Source of the DNA: Nemertoderma westbladi
Lineage: Eukaryota > Animalia > Xenacoelomorpha
DNA: 64,000 nt
NCBI GenBank assembly: GCA_032718475.1
Contig: JAUCBJ010005720.1
Coordinates: 24,107-88,106 of the forward strand
Reading direction: 5' to 3'
The translations under genes were made by a program, and so were the position numbers. Of this stretch, positions 63,536-64,000 are shown piece by piece (position 1 is the first letter of the stretch; the number at the start of each line of letters is the position of its first letter). Below the pieces are notes generated by a model. That model made no database searches and was not told the origin of the DNA. It was given only the letters and a program-made list of their open reading frames with translations.

Positions 63536-63784
63536 TAATATTGGTTATTTATATAGCGCTTTTCTACGCTCCTCAGCATACTCAAAGCGCTTTTATTATC
63601 ATTACCCCAGCAAAGCCAGGTTCCCATTATACCGCTGGGTTGACGTAGGCACTAAAGTCTAAAGTGTCTTGCCTAGGGACACAACAGTGCGAAATTTCTA
63701 CATCTTTTAGTCGGATTCGAACCTGCACCACCAAACACTATTGTGTAAGCAGTTCAGGCGCCGTATCCACTCGGACACTGCGAC
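63536..63784 (-). mobile_element. tRNA-derived SINE
   Basis: The minus strand has A box TGTCCGAGTGG, B box GGTTCGAATCC, a central TGTGTCCCTAGGCAAGACACTT motif and a LINE-type tail AAGCGCTATATAAAT. Confidence 0.7.
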
Positions 63785-64000
63785 ATCAGGATGAAATCAG
63801 GACACAGAATGGGTGGTGTATAGAAAAAACTTTTTGCTATATTCCACATTGGTGCATTTTTTTAAAATTAGAACAACAAAAATTACATATACTTAAATTA
63901 CCTCTCATGTTAATTTTTTCACTTGTTGTAACTATTTTTTCAAATTTGCACTTGATTATGTACCTAATTAATTTCCTTTAACTATTTTCACATTGGTGCA

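Overview
Repeat-rich animal (probably invertebrate) genomic DNA with two tandem, + strand SLC6 (sodium:neurotransmitter symporter) genes. Gene A contributes its last two exons (551-825, 2764-2937). Gene B, GABA/taurine-like, contributes its first four coding exons (32933-33015, 41662-41801, 42972-43103, 44291-44513), and its fourth intron runs off the window. Between the genes lies a nest of mobile elements: an old BEL/Pao pol split by a piggyBac-like TTAA MITE, a 12.2-kb two-LTR BEL element and a 0.9-kb direct-repeat insert. Intron 4 of gene B holds a 5'-truncated CRE-clade (RT+RLE) LINE, a 10.2-kb two-LTR BEL element, a DINE/HINE-like element and a tRNA-SINE. Two observations stand out. (1) Two minisatellites (32 bp at 1-433; 41/42 bp from 44488) are amplified copies of the host exon end plus its 5' splice site, giving arrays of decoy donors, and both retroelements in the second array inserted on the donor motif. 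(2) Both complete BEL elements lack a TGG/tRNA primer-binding site; instead GTAAC... directly after the 5' LTR is complementary to 9-11 nt inside their own LTR, with covariation between the two elements, suggesting Tf1-like self-priming in BEL/Pao. All calls are by eye and no database search was run.
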